Assembly: GCA_051362555.1 (NCBI GenBank)
Contig: CM120643.1
Location: 3,348,001 to 3,412,000 of the forward strand
DNA: 64,000 nucleotides
Reading direction: 5' to 3'
Source: Lingula anatina
Lineage: Eukaryota > Animalia > Brachiopoda
This document shows, piece after piece, positions 49,001 through 62,000 of the stretch (positions are counted from its first letter, which is position 1; each line of letters starts with the position of its first letter). The position numbers were made by a program, and so were the translations under genes. The notes under the pieces were generated by a model, which saw nothing but the letters and a program-made list of their open reading frames with translations, had not been told where the DNA came from and ran no database searches.

Positions 49001-49365
49001 CCTTCAATGCACAAGTAATCATGTACGTAAAAGAAATTCTTAGTTTTGGGTGATTATGACACCTTTACCTAGCTCTTTGCATATGTTGACCACTTTGCCT
49101 CAAAAAGTGAAAATGGACTAAAATGTTTGACAAACTACACTTGGGACTAATATGCAGCCAAGGAAAGAATAAGGAAAATATTTGTGAGACAAACAGGCGG
49201 CTTTTAATCTTGACTGTGGCATTTGAATTTAATAAATGGGATTAAAAATACTTACTGCTTTTAAGTGTTTGTTGCGTCTGACTCTAATCCTATGATTCTC
49301 CTTTCTGCCACCCTCTTCCCTCTTTAGGTCATCTTTCTGAGATTTAAAATATACTTTACATGCAC
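47350..49365 (-). pseudogene. 3' exons of a C14orf93-like (transposon-associated) gene; terminal exon duplicated
   Basis: Exon 49365-49256 (ACKVYFKSQKDDLKRE..KENHR..LKA|GTAAGT) splices in frame to TTTGCAG|KLHRRRTAL..EYTSSDEE..VREIQWESEKM..KRKLD..PQDCPS at 48663-48370. The second copy (47657-47350) is frameshifted. Family recognised from memory only. Confidence 0.55.
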
Positions 49366-51149
49366 CTAGAATTGAGAATGGGTTTCGGTTATTGTTTATT
49401 CTCTCAAAGGCCACTTGACATTGTTTAATTGCTGATGTGACAGGAATGGTAGTCTGTAATGAACCGTTGCCCGATCCCCATTACTTTGTACAGGTGACAT
49501 TCACCCCATAAACTAGCCCCGATACTCCAACTAACCCTAACCTAAACATGTGGGATGTAGCCGACGTTCAGCATAAAATAACTGAATCCCTTAGTGACAT
49601 ATAGACAGCACAATTTGTAACATTTCCGTTAGCACAATAGACACCGTGGCACGTTTGTTCTTTGTGTACTTTAGGCCTTGTACAAATCTATAAAAAAAAA
49701 ATGTAAAAATGATGTAAGTATGCAATAAATAATAAACTCAGAATTAGAAACAAACTACAGTAAAGTAAAAAAAATACATGTTACAATTACTCACATTATA
49801 TGCTATCTACAGTTCCAAACACAGGTGACCGACCGGTTTGCTTGCTACTTGTCTACTAAATTCTCTCGAGATTTCTATACCATGCATACCCAAAACCACG
49901 TGACTGATTAATGTTCACCTAACTAAGAGTGACCACAGGGTCATGTGACTTGGCGCACTAACATTGGACTTCGGACTTCCGTTCTTAGGACTACCACTTC
50001 TGTCGCACCAGGCTTGACTTCCTAATAGGGCCCTTAACTCAAATTTTAAACCACACATTAACACTGGTAGCCTTGTAGCAATGCACATATGTCCTTTTGG
50101 GGGGACAAGCTGCAACTGAATTAGAGAGTACCATGAAGAGGACTTGGTAAGCTGTGGTTGTCCATTACTCCCACATACAATGTGATACTTATGCGAAACC
50201 AGAAAAAGATGTTTCAATAAATACTTAATTTGGCATTTTATTTCTAAAATGCCTTCTGTGCAACAATTACAGGATACTTATCCAACTTGACTGGCAGCAA
50301 AGCGAAAATCTGACTTGCATGTATTATCAGTCCACACTCTGTGCATTTTCCATGCACATGTTTATGTAGCACTTTGTCCACATACTTTTGTCTATAGCAA
50401 TAGGCTCTATCTTCCTCCCGTAGTTTAAGCATGTGCAGACATCCAGTCGCCTTCCCTGCCCATAATCTTCTTGACAATACTACAATCTTGTTTTCTGGTG
50501 GTAGTTGTGCTGACACTGTGGAAATTACTAACTGTAATTCTCCCCACATGGTGTAGTTTCCAGGCCCTTGGCCCTTGGAAATGTGCTCCACAGCCTGGAT
50601 GTATAGAGGATCTACTCTCTCTTGAAAAAAGTCTTCTATTGGCCCATTTTCCTTGTCAACCACATACAACTGGACAATTTCAGAAAGTGTTAGTGGTCAC
50701 TGTCCAACATGGGAAAGACCACGGCACTATAGTATCTAAAATATTAACAAAATAAGTAAATTACACAGGTGCACAAGTCTCCAGCTTTGTAATTGCTGGA
50801 GGAAAAAGGGTTTAACATGTTTTTAAGACACACCCAAGTATTTTGAATACTTTACAGTCTCTGAAACTGTGCAAGCTCAACTAGTATTCTAGTTTCTGCA
50901 TCAGGACCAAATATATTGTGGGTTAACATATGTGGAAGGCATGTTAAGATAGATTTTTAGTACTATTCTGTAATACTTATTATAAGACCCCAGATATATA
51001 CCAAACCGTATGTTACTGTTGTAAATGCTACCTTTTTATTTTCTTAAGCACATTTACTAGTAAAATTAGATAAATAGCTTGCTAGAATTAAGATAACAAT
51101 CACAACATCAGTCATTATAAATACTACGCACTGTACATGTCCAGGGTGG

Positions 51150-52700
51150 CAAAATTAAGCTGTCATACACCAACAATACATTTGAAAAGACGTGAGATAA
51201 ATATTTCACCAACCTGACATTCAACGTAGTCGACATATCTCGCCCTGAACAACTGGAATCCATTATGTGGTGTCTTAACTATTCTGTCTACCAGGCGCAT
51301 TTGTGTAAACTACAAACTCTGGGTTCTCAAGCCTCTTTCATAAGGTTTTTCATTTCCTTTCTAGCAGTGACTCGACTTTATATTTGACTGAATCTTACAA
51401 AAACTTAATTTATAAAAGTCTTATTGTAAAACTTTTACTAAGGTTTGATAATTTACTATTCTTTAATCGTCAATCCATTTACTAATCTGATGAGATAGGA
51501 AAAGTCAAAATTGTTCTTAAACAATTAAACTCTATCTCAATTGTATCTATATCATTCAACTAGTCTTATTCCGTTTCTTTCACAATTCTACTTTCTAATT
51601 CTTTGCTTTGAAAAGACAGGAAAATGTCAAACATGGGCAGGATAAAGAGCTGAACTTATGATCAAACAGTAAAGCTCTCTCTCGAAACTAACTTCCAACT
51701 TCTTTCCATAACACAGAGACTGACGAATGCTTAAGCCGTGAGGCGAGAGAAATCCTTACCCCCATTCTTGCCCTGCCATCCATAACTCACTGTTGAATGA
51801 ATGGGCAGCCTGTGCATTTTCTGTTAATATCAAATGCAAGGTACTGCATATCTCGGATTTTTAACCAGTACAGTCATCTCTCTGTTTCAGTGACTTGAAA
51901 CTTCAGCTGTAATTCTACTGTTTACGGCAGGGCGCTATGATGCATGTACCTTCCAAAATTAAAGAGTACCTGGTACAGCCACTTTCTGGTCCTAGTGGCA
52001 TCGCAGGGTGCCTGCGGGTATACCGAACTCTAATGAACACCGAGCTATAATGAACCAGAGGCACACCTGCAAAAAAAAAAACCCTTCAAAGCTGCTGCCA
52101 AGTTTTCTTCACCATATTTGCCTTTCTCAGACTTTTCTCTTATACATTCTCGCCATTTTATCTGTAAATTACTAGTCGACAGTCTACTAGAAAGTGGCAT
52201 ACAACTTTTCAGACTTTCTTATCAGATTTATTTCTATATTAAAGATAAACAAATATAAAAAAAATAAATTCAAAAGTTGGCGCAGCATTATGTGCTCGCC
52301 TGCGTTATTTTAACTAATAAATAAATGAGTTAATAATGATATTAATTAATGATATTAATTCCAGATAGTTTGGAGCGAAGGGATATGGCTTCAAACCTTA
52401 GACTGCTTTCGGCTCCCAGGCTACGTATGTTAGAAAAGAGTATTTTTTAAGTCACCTCAAGACTTAATAAGCTCTGGCCCTGGGCTAGGATGGATGTCAC
52501 CAGAGAGAAGAAGCTTGAATTCTGACAGTCTTATATGTTCAACAGTCAACATTTGGAAAGGAGTTACTACAAAAAACTCAATTACTACTGACATCTCAAC
52601 ATAGCATTCACAACCTAGGTAGCTTGCTACATATAACAGTATTCTAACACATTCACTTATCACCATAAAACTTGTAACGTTTTGGTTCAAACACGCCATT
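51150..52700 (-). pseudogene. Decayed 5' part of a non-LTR (CR1/L2/Crack-like) retrotransposon
   Basis: 2A-like LLLSGDIHPSPGP at 52513-52475; ORF1-like remnant (CT.LKIRDMQYLAFDI..NSELW) near 51790-51880; many stops. Confidence 0.45.
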
Positions 52701-53149
52701 CGTATATACAGAATTTATTTTTCAGTACTGCTGATAACCTCATATTTTTATTTCATCAATATGATAAATATTTTATGTGAACCCAATTCCCAATTACAAA
52801 TATTCAATAAGAAATATTCTCCAAGGGGTCTATATAGAGGACATTCTAACAAGAAGTGCCTTTCGCACTCGACTACCTTCTAATTACAAAATTGACAAAT
52901 TCTTTGATCCCTAGACTTACCTCTGTGTACCTTTTTCAATTTCATCAATACCTCTGTGTACCTTTTTCAATTTCAAGTTGATGATTTAAACATATGAATC
53001 GTGCTAAAACTGATATAGTTAGTTAGTTAATTTTATTCCCACTAACAAGTATTACATGACACGGGCCAAGCATTATTACATGTGGGTTTGACCAATTGAC
53101 TTTTTTCTTTAATATTTAGTGAAACAAATTTTCTTAACTCTAGCTAACA

Positions 53150-53480
53150 GTGAAGGGACACATCAAGCTCTGCTAGTATGAGTTCATTGGGCATCGACAT
53201 CCTTACTCCCAGTAGGATCTTAAAAGCTGACAAGAACATAACGTTGGCTGATATAGCACCACCACACAGCCATGCCTCACTGCTGTACAAGAGAGCAGCT
53301 TTGAGCACCTTCCACTTTACTCAAAATGGAGAGTCCTGGTTCTTCTGTATGAATGCAGGGAATTTGCATATATAAGTGTGATTGCTTGCTTAGTATGTGT
53401 TCTTTCACAGAGGTAGACACTTTGCCATCCTGGCTAAACACAGCGCCAAAATAAGTGTAACCGAGTATCACAACAAACAT
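53150..53480 (-). pseudogene. LINE reverse-transcriptase C-terminal fragment
   Basis: YTYFGAVFSQDG..KNQDSPF*VKWKVLKAALLYSSEAWL, resembling the Y.YLG and LYG.E.W motifs of non-LTR RTs. Confidence 0.7.
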
Positions 53481-54339
53481 CTACTGCATCTCAGAAGTAT
53501 CAGCTTCTTTATTCCTGTACATACATATGCACCAACGTGACAGTGTGAGTTAAATGACCCCAAGAATACTTTTGAGCGGGTAATTTATATTTCCTGCTCA
53601 CGTGACTAACAAAGCTCACATGACTAACAAAGCTCATGTGACTGCCAAAGGGGCGGGAATGCTTTCGTAATAATGTTTAACCCTATTACACAAGTATACA
53701 ATTCACAATTTTCCACTTTAAAACCTGGTACATGAATTGTTGCTTGCGTCACAGTTGATTACCATAAACTGTATCTTTACAACTAGATTTATCAAATACT
53801 GTAAAACATGGTTCAATAATGAGATCATGCTTAATTAACTTATATACATCTAGTTTCATATTGTTAGACATTTCATTACACCACTACTGGAAGTCAATAT
53901 CCATGTACCTTTGATGAAATTCCTTTTTAAATAAACTTTCATTTCCCACTCCTTGATTAATCCAGACTGCATGTTCCAAAACTACATCCATAAAAAAGTT
54001 CTCTACTTGTAGAGCCCAGCAATTCTAAATTTATTGAAAAGATGAAAAGAAATGCAATGAAGCAAAAAAAATGCTTTTCAATGGAAGTAAAGAGATGAAA
54101 GTGAGGATTGACGAAGTTAGTATGGGCAAAGAAACTCGTGGGTTGGGACATTGACCAATTGGAAACTGAAACATATTAGAGATTGAAGAAAGAAAATAAG
54201 GAACACAACAGACTGAAAGTGAGGAACATTACTGAGAGCAGGATAGACTGAAAATAAAATACAAGTATCAGAGAAATAAATTGACTAACTGTAATTACAC
54301 AAACGATCAACAAAGTAATCAGCATGCCACTCGGTCTCC

Positions 54340-54627
54340 TTTTTATGTACAGACACATGTGTCTGTACATATAGCCATCATCTGCGTCTGTCGTCGCCGT
54401 CGCCGTCGGCGTGCACTTTTACCGATAACACGATAAGTGGAAAACTGTTTTTTCTTTTGGCTTGAAACTTACAGAACTGATGAATATTCATAATACGCAG
54501 GTCAAGTTCGAAAATCAGCATGATCGGGTCACTTATAGGGAATTTATGCTGTTTTTTCACTTTTTTCAGCATATATGCAGCACCGATAACACGATAAGTG
54601 GAAAACCATTTTACCTTTTGGCTTGTT
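54340..54627 (+). mobile_element. Truncated HINE copy 3
   Basis: Palindromic head plus about one 161-bp unit, ending at GCTTGTT. Confidence 0.85.
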
Positions 54628-57033
54628 CAAAAATAAAATTATTCTGCCTCCCAAAAACTCCCAAAACTGAGTGTTGCATTTCTTTTTTCCTTGAGTATAT
54701 TTTCTTGCTTCTGTTAAGGATAAACATTTAGGTTAATAAATGAAAGAACAGAGAAATATTAATAGAATCTCAGGAGGCACTCTCAAAAAACATAGTTATT
54801 GCAAATATGACATTTTGAAACGAAGCAAATTTATAACTATACACCTTGTCTTCTGATGATGATGTATATACTGACCAAATTATTAAATGTTTCTCGAATG
54901 TCCAGATTTTGATGTCAGTCTTGCTTGCATGGGCTCAAGATTCTCTCCGAGCATTTCATAGCAGGCATTTTGTAAAAAACCATGGTGATGTTTTATACAT
55001 GGCTTCAATGGCAAAACACACCGAAGACATCTTCATGACCAAGACAAGTGGTTGACTGGACTGTCTTTTTATTTCCAGTACCTTTCTGTACAACATGGTG
55101 GCTTCAAGGCAACAGCTGGCTGCATGGACATGGCTTTTTACAGGGAACAGACAGTTAAAGACCAGCAAGAACATTCCTGTAGCCTTCACCTCATTCATTG
55201 ATATGTAAAACATGGGATGTGGCAAGTTTTGGGACAATACAAGTGGGACAATACACAGCCAGAGATGGGACGGCAATCTTGAGGATGGTAATCATTATAA
55301 TATTACAGTAATATATGACTGTCAAATAAATTGTAAGGTCTACTCGGAGGGAACCAACAAATTTTTTCTACAATGATTCTTTTCTTGACTCCAAAGTTTG
55401 AAACAATTTATGATCTCTTGCAACTGTAATGTTTTCTCATTTTAACAGTATCATCCAGTAAGACATTATACACATGAAGGGAGTTTGTTTTCATGTTAGT
55501 GAATCCATTATCGGATCCATTATCGATTCAAACATTAGCAATTAACTACTGTTGAAAATACACTGAAAAGCATGTAGCACAAAGTTACTTTTTCATTTAG
55601 CTAAAATGCTAAAATTTATGTTTTGAAAAATTGATCTATGATATTATGTAGTATTTGTATCTTGTTTTTTCCTACTTCAAGGAGGTCCAACATGATTTGA
55701 TAGTCTTCTAAGCAGAGGAGGAAGTTACATACAGAGAATTCTGGAGATTTTCAAGAGTGGATGCAGGTAGTTTCAGTAGTTTGTCATTTTTCAGTTGACA
55801 AAAACCTATAGTTTCAATATTTAAAAACCTTGCTGTTTCAAATTGTTAGTGAGATGATTGTGTGGAACATGTCTAGGTACGTATACGTTGCACTCTAAGG
55901 GCCCATTCGCAATATGAAACTACCATTCTACAGAGATAGTCCATGGGGACTCTCGCTGAATGCAATCAGAGTAACATACCTCTTCCTAGCACTGAGTAAA
56001 ATACAGAAAAAAGCTGGTGATTATACGAGTTGGTGGAAACAATTAAAATATATTTCACTGTGTGTTAATCTGATTGCATTCAGCCAAAGTCCCTGCAAAG
56101 TTGGATCACTCTACATAGAATGATAGTTGCATTGGGAATGTGCCCGTTATCAGAATAGTGGGCAAGTCCACTTTTAAGTTTTTCTTTTTTTTTTTTTTTT
56201 TTTTTTTAATGAATGAATGAATGTATTGTGTTCATGTTATGCTAACAAGAATTCTAATGGGGCGCTACACTATTTCCTTTTCAGCTGGCAGAAGAAAAGG
56301 GATTAGATTTATCAAATATTTTGACTTTCATCATTGGACTGATGGACATGCAGGTTCTGGGGTTATGGCACCAACTGGTAGTCGCATTTTCTGTTACTAT
56401 GGAATTCTTTTTGCATGCCTACAGAAAGTACTGGTTTTGTGTGCACGTGCATTGAGCTTATGATTACCTTTACTCGGAGGCGAAAAGCACCTCAAAAACA
56501 ACTATTTGATTTGTAGGACTTCCATGTAGCTTTTCTATCACTACACATATTATGGACTATGCTATTGAAGTCCCATACACTGACCATACTGTCAACGCTA
56601 TATCTCTGTTAGCATTGGATCGAGATTATTATCACGTTTTAGTGCACTGGGAGTACTTGTGTGTGTATAAGTACGCGGGCAGTGATCAAGAACTTTCAAA
56701 TGAGAAGTTCAGTGAAAAGGAAACAGTCATATAGGTATAAATTATGGCAGTCTGTAAACACTGACATTTGAAAAATTTTTCATTTGACATTTACTGAAAT
56801 ATGCTTGATTATGAACATAAACAATACCCTTAAAGAGTACAAATAATACTTTTTTAACAGAACAAGAATATATGGTAAATAGTGAAAAGTTTATTTGATA
56901 TTTACTGAAGCATGCTTGATTATATACATAAACAGTATCTTGTAAGAGATACAAATAATATTGTTTAACAACATTGGTAAGACTATATAGTGTAAATTAT
57001 GTATGAGATTTAGGTATTCAGTTTGTTCACCTG

Positions 57034-57251
57034 GGGTCGTATTCTCAAAAGGTTGTAACTTACAAATTCTTGTAACTTTTCACGTAAGTCTGATCATTTA
57101 CATAAGTTGAAGGTTTGTAAGTTACAAACTCTTGTAAATATGCACGTAAATTTAAAATTGCCTCCGACCTGTTAAAAGTAAGTTGTAAGATACAAATTCA
57201 CGTAAATAGTTACAAATTGTTGTAAGTTACAAAGTTATGAGAATACGGCCC
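57034..57251. mobile_element. Small palindromic MITE (PIF/Harbinger group, CWG-like target)
   Basis: TIRs GGGTCGTATTCTCA and TGAGAATACGGCCC; flanks CTG and TTG; internal TGTAACTTACA/TGTAAGTTACA repeats. Confidence 0.75.
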
Positions 57252-58337
57252 TTGGCATATAGACAACAAGCTGGCAAAGGATACTGTTGACTCCTTCAGC
57301 TCATGAATATATATATGGTTGGAAAAAAATAGGCAGTGGGAGCCAGAGTGGATGTCAGGATAATAATAAACAGGTAAAAGATATTGACATTTGAACAAGC
57401 CTGTTCAAAACTATTTCTGGGAAAATTTTCAAATCCAAAATTATCCAAGATGCCTATCTGAACAGAAGAGAAGTTACTTAGTCTAAAAGGCTACATAAAC
57501 TGTGCCTTTCTTTGCATTTTTAAAACTGTTAAAACTCTAAAACATAGCTGAACAAAAACACGTAATGCAATACATGATGTCTAGTATACTGGTATTTATA
57601 CATAGGCAATATAAAAAATAGTTATGAATAGGTAAAAATTTTAAGAAGAAATAATGGGAATCATAATTATTAACAATGTGATTTACTTAAATTAATTTTC
57701 TTACACACACAGGTGGACAAATAAAATACACACACACACACACACAACGACCCATGCATGCATATATTATACAAACAATTCAACTTGTCTCTGTAACAAT
57801 TGGTAAATATATGAAGTACGATAATTTTAATTAAAATACAATAAAACATTGAATGATATACATGATGATTGTTACATATACCTGTACACTGATTCAGATA
57901 TAATTATGTATAATAAGACAAAGGTACTCACACATCAATGCACATGTACACACTCACCTTTACAGTATATTGAAATTTGTTACAATTACAATAACTGTTA
58001 TGATAATTTAAAACATATCACCACTAGTAACTATGCATAATCAACTCAGCATGTCTTTACAAAATACAAAGAACATATTTTAATGAAAAATATTGAAATA
58101 AAGGAAATATTTCTACTCTAAGATATGCATCAACCTAGCCAACGAGCAGCTGCACCAATATTTCAATGAGTATACCTTTGAGGGAGAACAGCAGGACTGT
58201 TCCGCAGAAGAATCGCCATGACAGATATATTGTTTATCAGTAACAAGCCCACTGTGGACCTGTTTCTGGTGGCAAGGTCAGTACTTTTGTATTCTATGAG
58301 GTCTTTTGGGTTACATTTTATTACTGAAGGCAGCATC

Positions 58338-58935
58338 CATGGGCGTAAATAGGCATACGCACGGATGCACTGTGCGTACATTTTTTTGGCCAACCATGAT
58401 ATTATTTTATATAAATTTAGTGTATTTTTTACGGAATATAAAAGAAAATCCACTGCTTATTAAAGTCACCTGTAAGTACAAATCCTCTGTATCAATTGTA
58501 TAGGCACAATTGTTCTGCCTTTCCCCACCCCGTCATGCATACTTTTATTGAACTGAGGTAAACAATAACAAGTCCTATCTTAATCGTCCATCTAGTAACT
58601 GGAACTTCCTTTACCTCTAAATTGGAGGGTTCAGTGGCCCTCAACTCAGGTAAAAATCTGCCTGAGTGTTATTTTCAAAGAGCAGCTCCCGCAACCTTGG
58701 GGGCACTAGATAAAATCTGGACACCAGGTTTAATAAGGAGCTAGAGAAACAAAGGAAGAATTTTTCCTGCAAAGCTTCAAATAATTTTGACACGGACTTG
58801 ACCCAGCTTACCCCTCCAAACTAACATGGTGACATGGGCAATTTTTACAAACAAATAATTAAACTTAGATGTATCACAGCTCTGTCGTGTCGTACAATTG
58901 GTTGTTTTTAGGAGCCATGCATCCACATGTAAGGT
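58338..58935 (+). repeat. Dispersed repeat, second copy of 12106-12750
   Basis: Colinear shared blocks with 12106-12750. Confidence 0.8.
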
Positions 58936-59017
58936 GAATGAAACCGTATGTTAGTTCAACTCAGAGGTGGATCCAGGATTATTCGAAGGGGGTTCCACAT
59001 ATGCGAAGCTAGACTCC

Positions 59018-62000
59018 TTTTTATGTACAGACACAGATGTGTCTGTACATATAGCCATCATCTGCGTCTGTCGTCGCCGTCGCCGTCGCCGTGCACTTTT
59101 ACCGATAACACGATAAGTGGAAAACTGTTTTTTCTTTTGGCTTGAAACTTACAGAACTAATGAATATTCATAATACGCAGGTCAAGTTCGAAAATCAGCA
59201 TGATCGGGTCACTTATAGGGAATTTATGCTGTTTTTTCACTTTTTTCAGCATAAATGAAGCACCGATAACACGATAAGTGGAAAACTGTTTTACTTTTTG
59301 GCTTGAAACTTACAGAACTGATGAATATTCATAATACGCAGGTCAAGTTCGAAAATCAGCGTGATTGGGTCATTTTTAATGAATTTAGGCTATTTTTTCT
59401 CTTTTTTCAGCATAAATGCAGCACCGATAACATGATAAGTGGAAAACCATTTTACTTTTTGGCTTGAAACTTACAGAACTGATAAATATTCATAATACGC
59501 AGGTCAAGTTCGAAAATCGGCATGATTGGGTCATTTTTTAGTGAATTTAGGCTATTTTTTCTCTTTTTTCAGCATATATATACAGCACCGATAACACGAT
59601 AACTGGAAAACCGTTTTGGCTTCTGGCTTGAAACTTAGAGAACTGATAAATATTTATAATACGCAGGTCAAGTTCGAAAATCAGCATGATGGGGTGACTT
59701 GTAGGGAAGTCAGGCCTTCCCAACTACCAGACTCGGCACCTACGGGTCCAGTATAAACCGGTTTATCAGACCACACTACCCGTTTTCAAGGTGTGTGTCA
59801 GATCGCATTACAGAGTATCAGCCACCACACCGATTTTGCCTGGTGCGCGATGTGATAGCAATGATCCTAAGCGGGGTTGGAAAGTAGTGCATCTCATCTA
59901 GATTCATGCGCTGCTGCAATTTTCTCTGTTTATGCTAAAATCTGACAGTACCGCAATTTTTAACATAAAATTTAGGTTCGGACATACTAGCCATTGATGT
60001 TTTGTAAATAAGAACTTGCAAACTTATATATTAATTTAGAAAAGTAGACCTAATTTTGATAGCAGAAGCATATTTTCGTGACTACCGGGATGGGCGAGAT
60101 TGAGGGCAGGGGAAATCCTAGAGAGGGGTGAGAAACGTCCATTGTTCTCGTCAGCGAGGCTGTCCTTTTTCAAGGTTTGTACGCACGGACAGAAAACTTA
60201 TGTATTGTGGGAACGTTACTAATGAAGCCACTGGTAGTACTAGTAGATATCAGCCTGTAGTCTTGAACAAGCGCCTCGATGACGAGTGAACAGTTGTCAA
60301 AAACAAAAGACCCAGGTGTGGTAGTTCAACTACTGTTGATGCGTGCCGCAACGACCAAATCTAATTGCTCCTCAAGGTCACAAAACAATTTAACCGGTAC
60401 TGACGGCTAGGCTCGTCTTAATCATATAAGTAGCGCGTTTCCACCCCCTGATTGAGGGAGTCGTCTGTTATATTCATGCGACTCCTACTTGACGAAAACG
60501 AGGCGCGATACCCGGATGACAGGTAGGCTTACAGAATTTGTGATAGGGTATGATACTCTTTTATGCGATCTGACACACACCTTGAAAACGGGTAGTGTGG
60601 TCAGATATACCGGTTTATTCTGGACCCGTAGGTGCCGAGTCTGGTAGTTGGGAAGGCCTGGAAGTTATGCTGTTTTTTTTTACTTTTTTCAGCATATATG
60701 CAGCACCGATAACACGATAAGTGGAAAACAGCTTTACTTTTTGGCTTCAAACTTACAAAACTGATGAAGATTCATAATCCGCAGATCAAGTTCAAAAATC
60801 AGCATGATCAAGCCATTTTTAGGGGAGTTATGCTATTTTTTCACTTTTTTCAACATATATGCAACACTGATAACACTATATAAGAAAAACAGATAGGCCA
60901 ATTGTCATTATACTTACAGGAGTGGTCAATCTTACTAAAATGCAGGTTGAGTTGGAAAATCAGCATAATCTGGCCATTATTTTAGAAGTTATGCTGTTTT
61001 TTCACATTTCCTCAGATTCAATTCTTAAGCATGTTAACAGTCTCATTATTTAACTAATAAGATACGTAAAAGTGTTTGTTTGATATTTCCTGCATCTTTA
61101 CAACATTGTTAGTTGATTATGTAAAAATGATGGTAAACTTGATATCGTGTATTGTGTAATAAAGTGTCAAAAATGGAAATAAACTCATATCATATCATAT
61201 TGCAGTTTGTTAGATTCAATCGTCAACTATGTTCAGAATCTCAGAATGGAGGAAATTGGACATTTAACACTGTTCTATTGATATTTTTCCCATCTCATCA
61301 ATTTTCTTAGTTGGTCATATAAAAATGGAAGTATACTGTTTATTTTGTTTTGTTTAAAAAGTGTTAAAATGGAAATAAACCCATTTCAGAACAGTGCTGT
61401 CTTTTTTACAGTTTGGCATTTTTAAGATGTGACTTTGAAGTTCCATGAGCCTGCAGATCTTTGCTAGTCACATTTTCTGAATATCCATGATACTAATATT
61501 TTATGATTAAAAATTGATGGTCATTATGCTGTAAAACATTATGTAATATTGCATCAAAATTTGAAGAAACCCCTATTTTGGGCACTGCTCCCATGATGAC
61601 CATTTAAGGAAAGTCATGTCACTTACTGTTCTCAAACTTACAGGAAAGAAACATGGGACTAAAATACAGCTTCAGTAGGCAATGCAGTCTGTTTGGTAAA
61701 ATTTTCTGGTAGTTAAGCAGTTTTTTTGTGAAAATTTAATTTTTCACATATTGGCATTTTCAATGTATGACTTTGAAGTTCCATGATCCTGAAGACCTTT
61801 GCTTGTCACATTTTCTGAATGTGCGTTATACTAATATTTTATAATTAAAAATTGATGGTCATTATGCTGTTAAACATTATGTAATGTTGCTTCAAAATTT
61901 GAAGAAACCCCTGTTTTGGGCACTGCTCCCATGATGACCATTTAAGGAAAATCGTGTCAATTACTGTTCTCAAACTTACAGGAAAGAAACATGGGTCTAA

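Noticed and set aside
55600-58330. Possible host gene exons (e.g. TTCAAG|GAGG..GCAG|GTAG at 55680-55770)
   Set aside because: Isolated splice-like signals without a supportable reading frame or homology.
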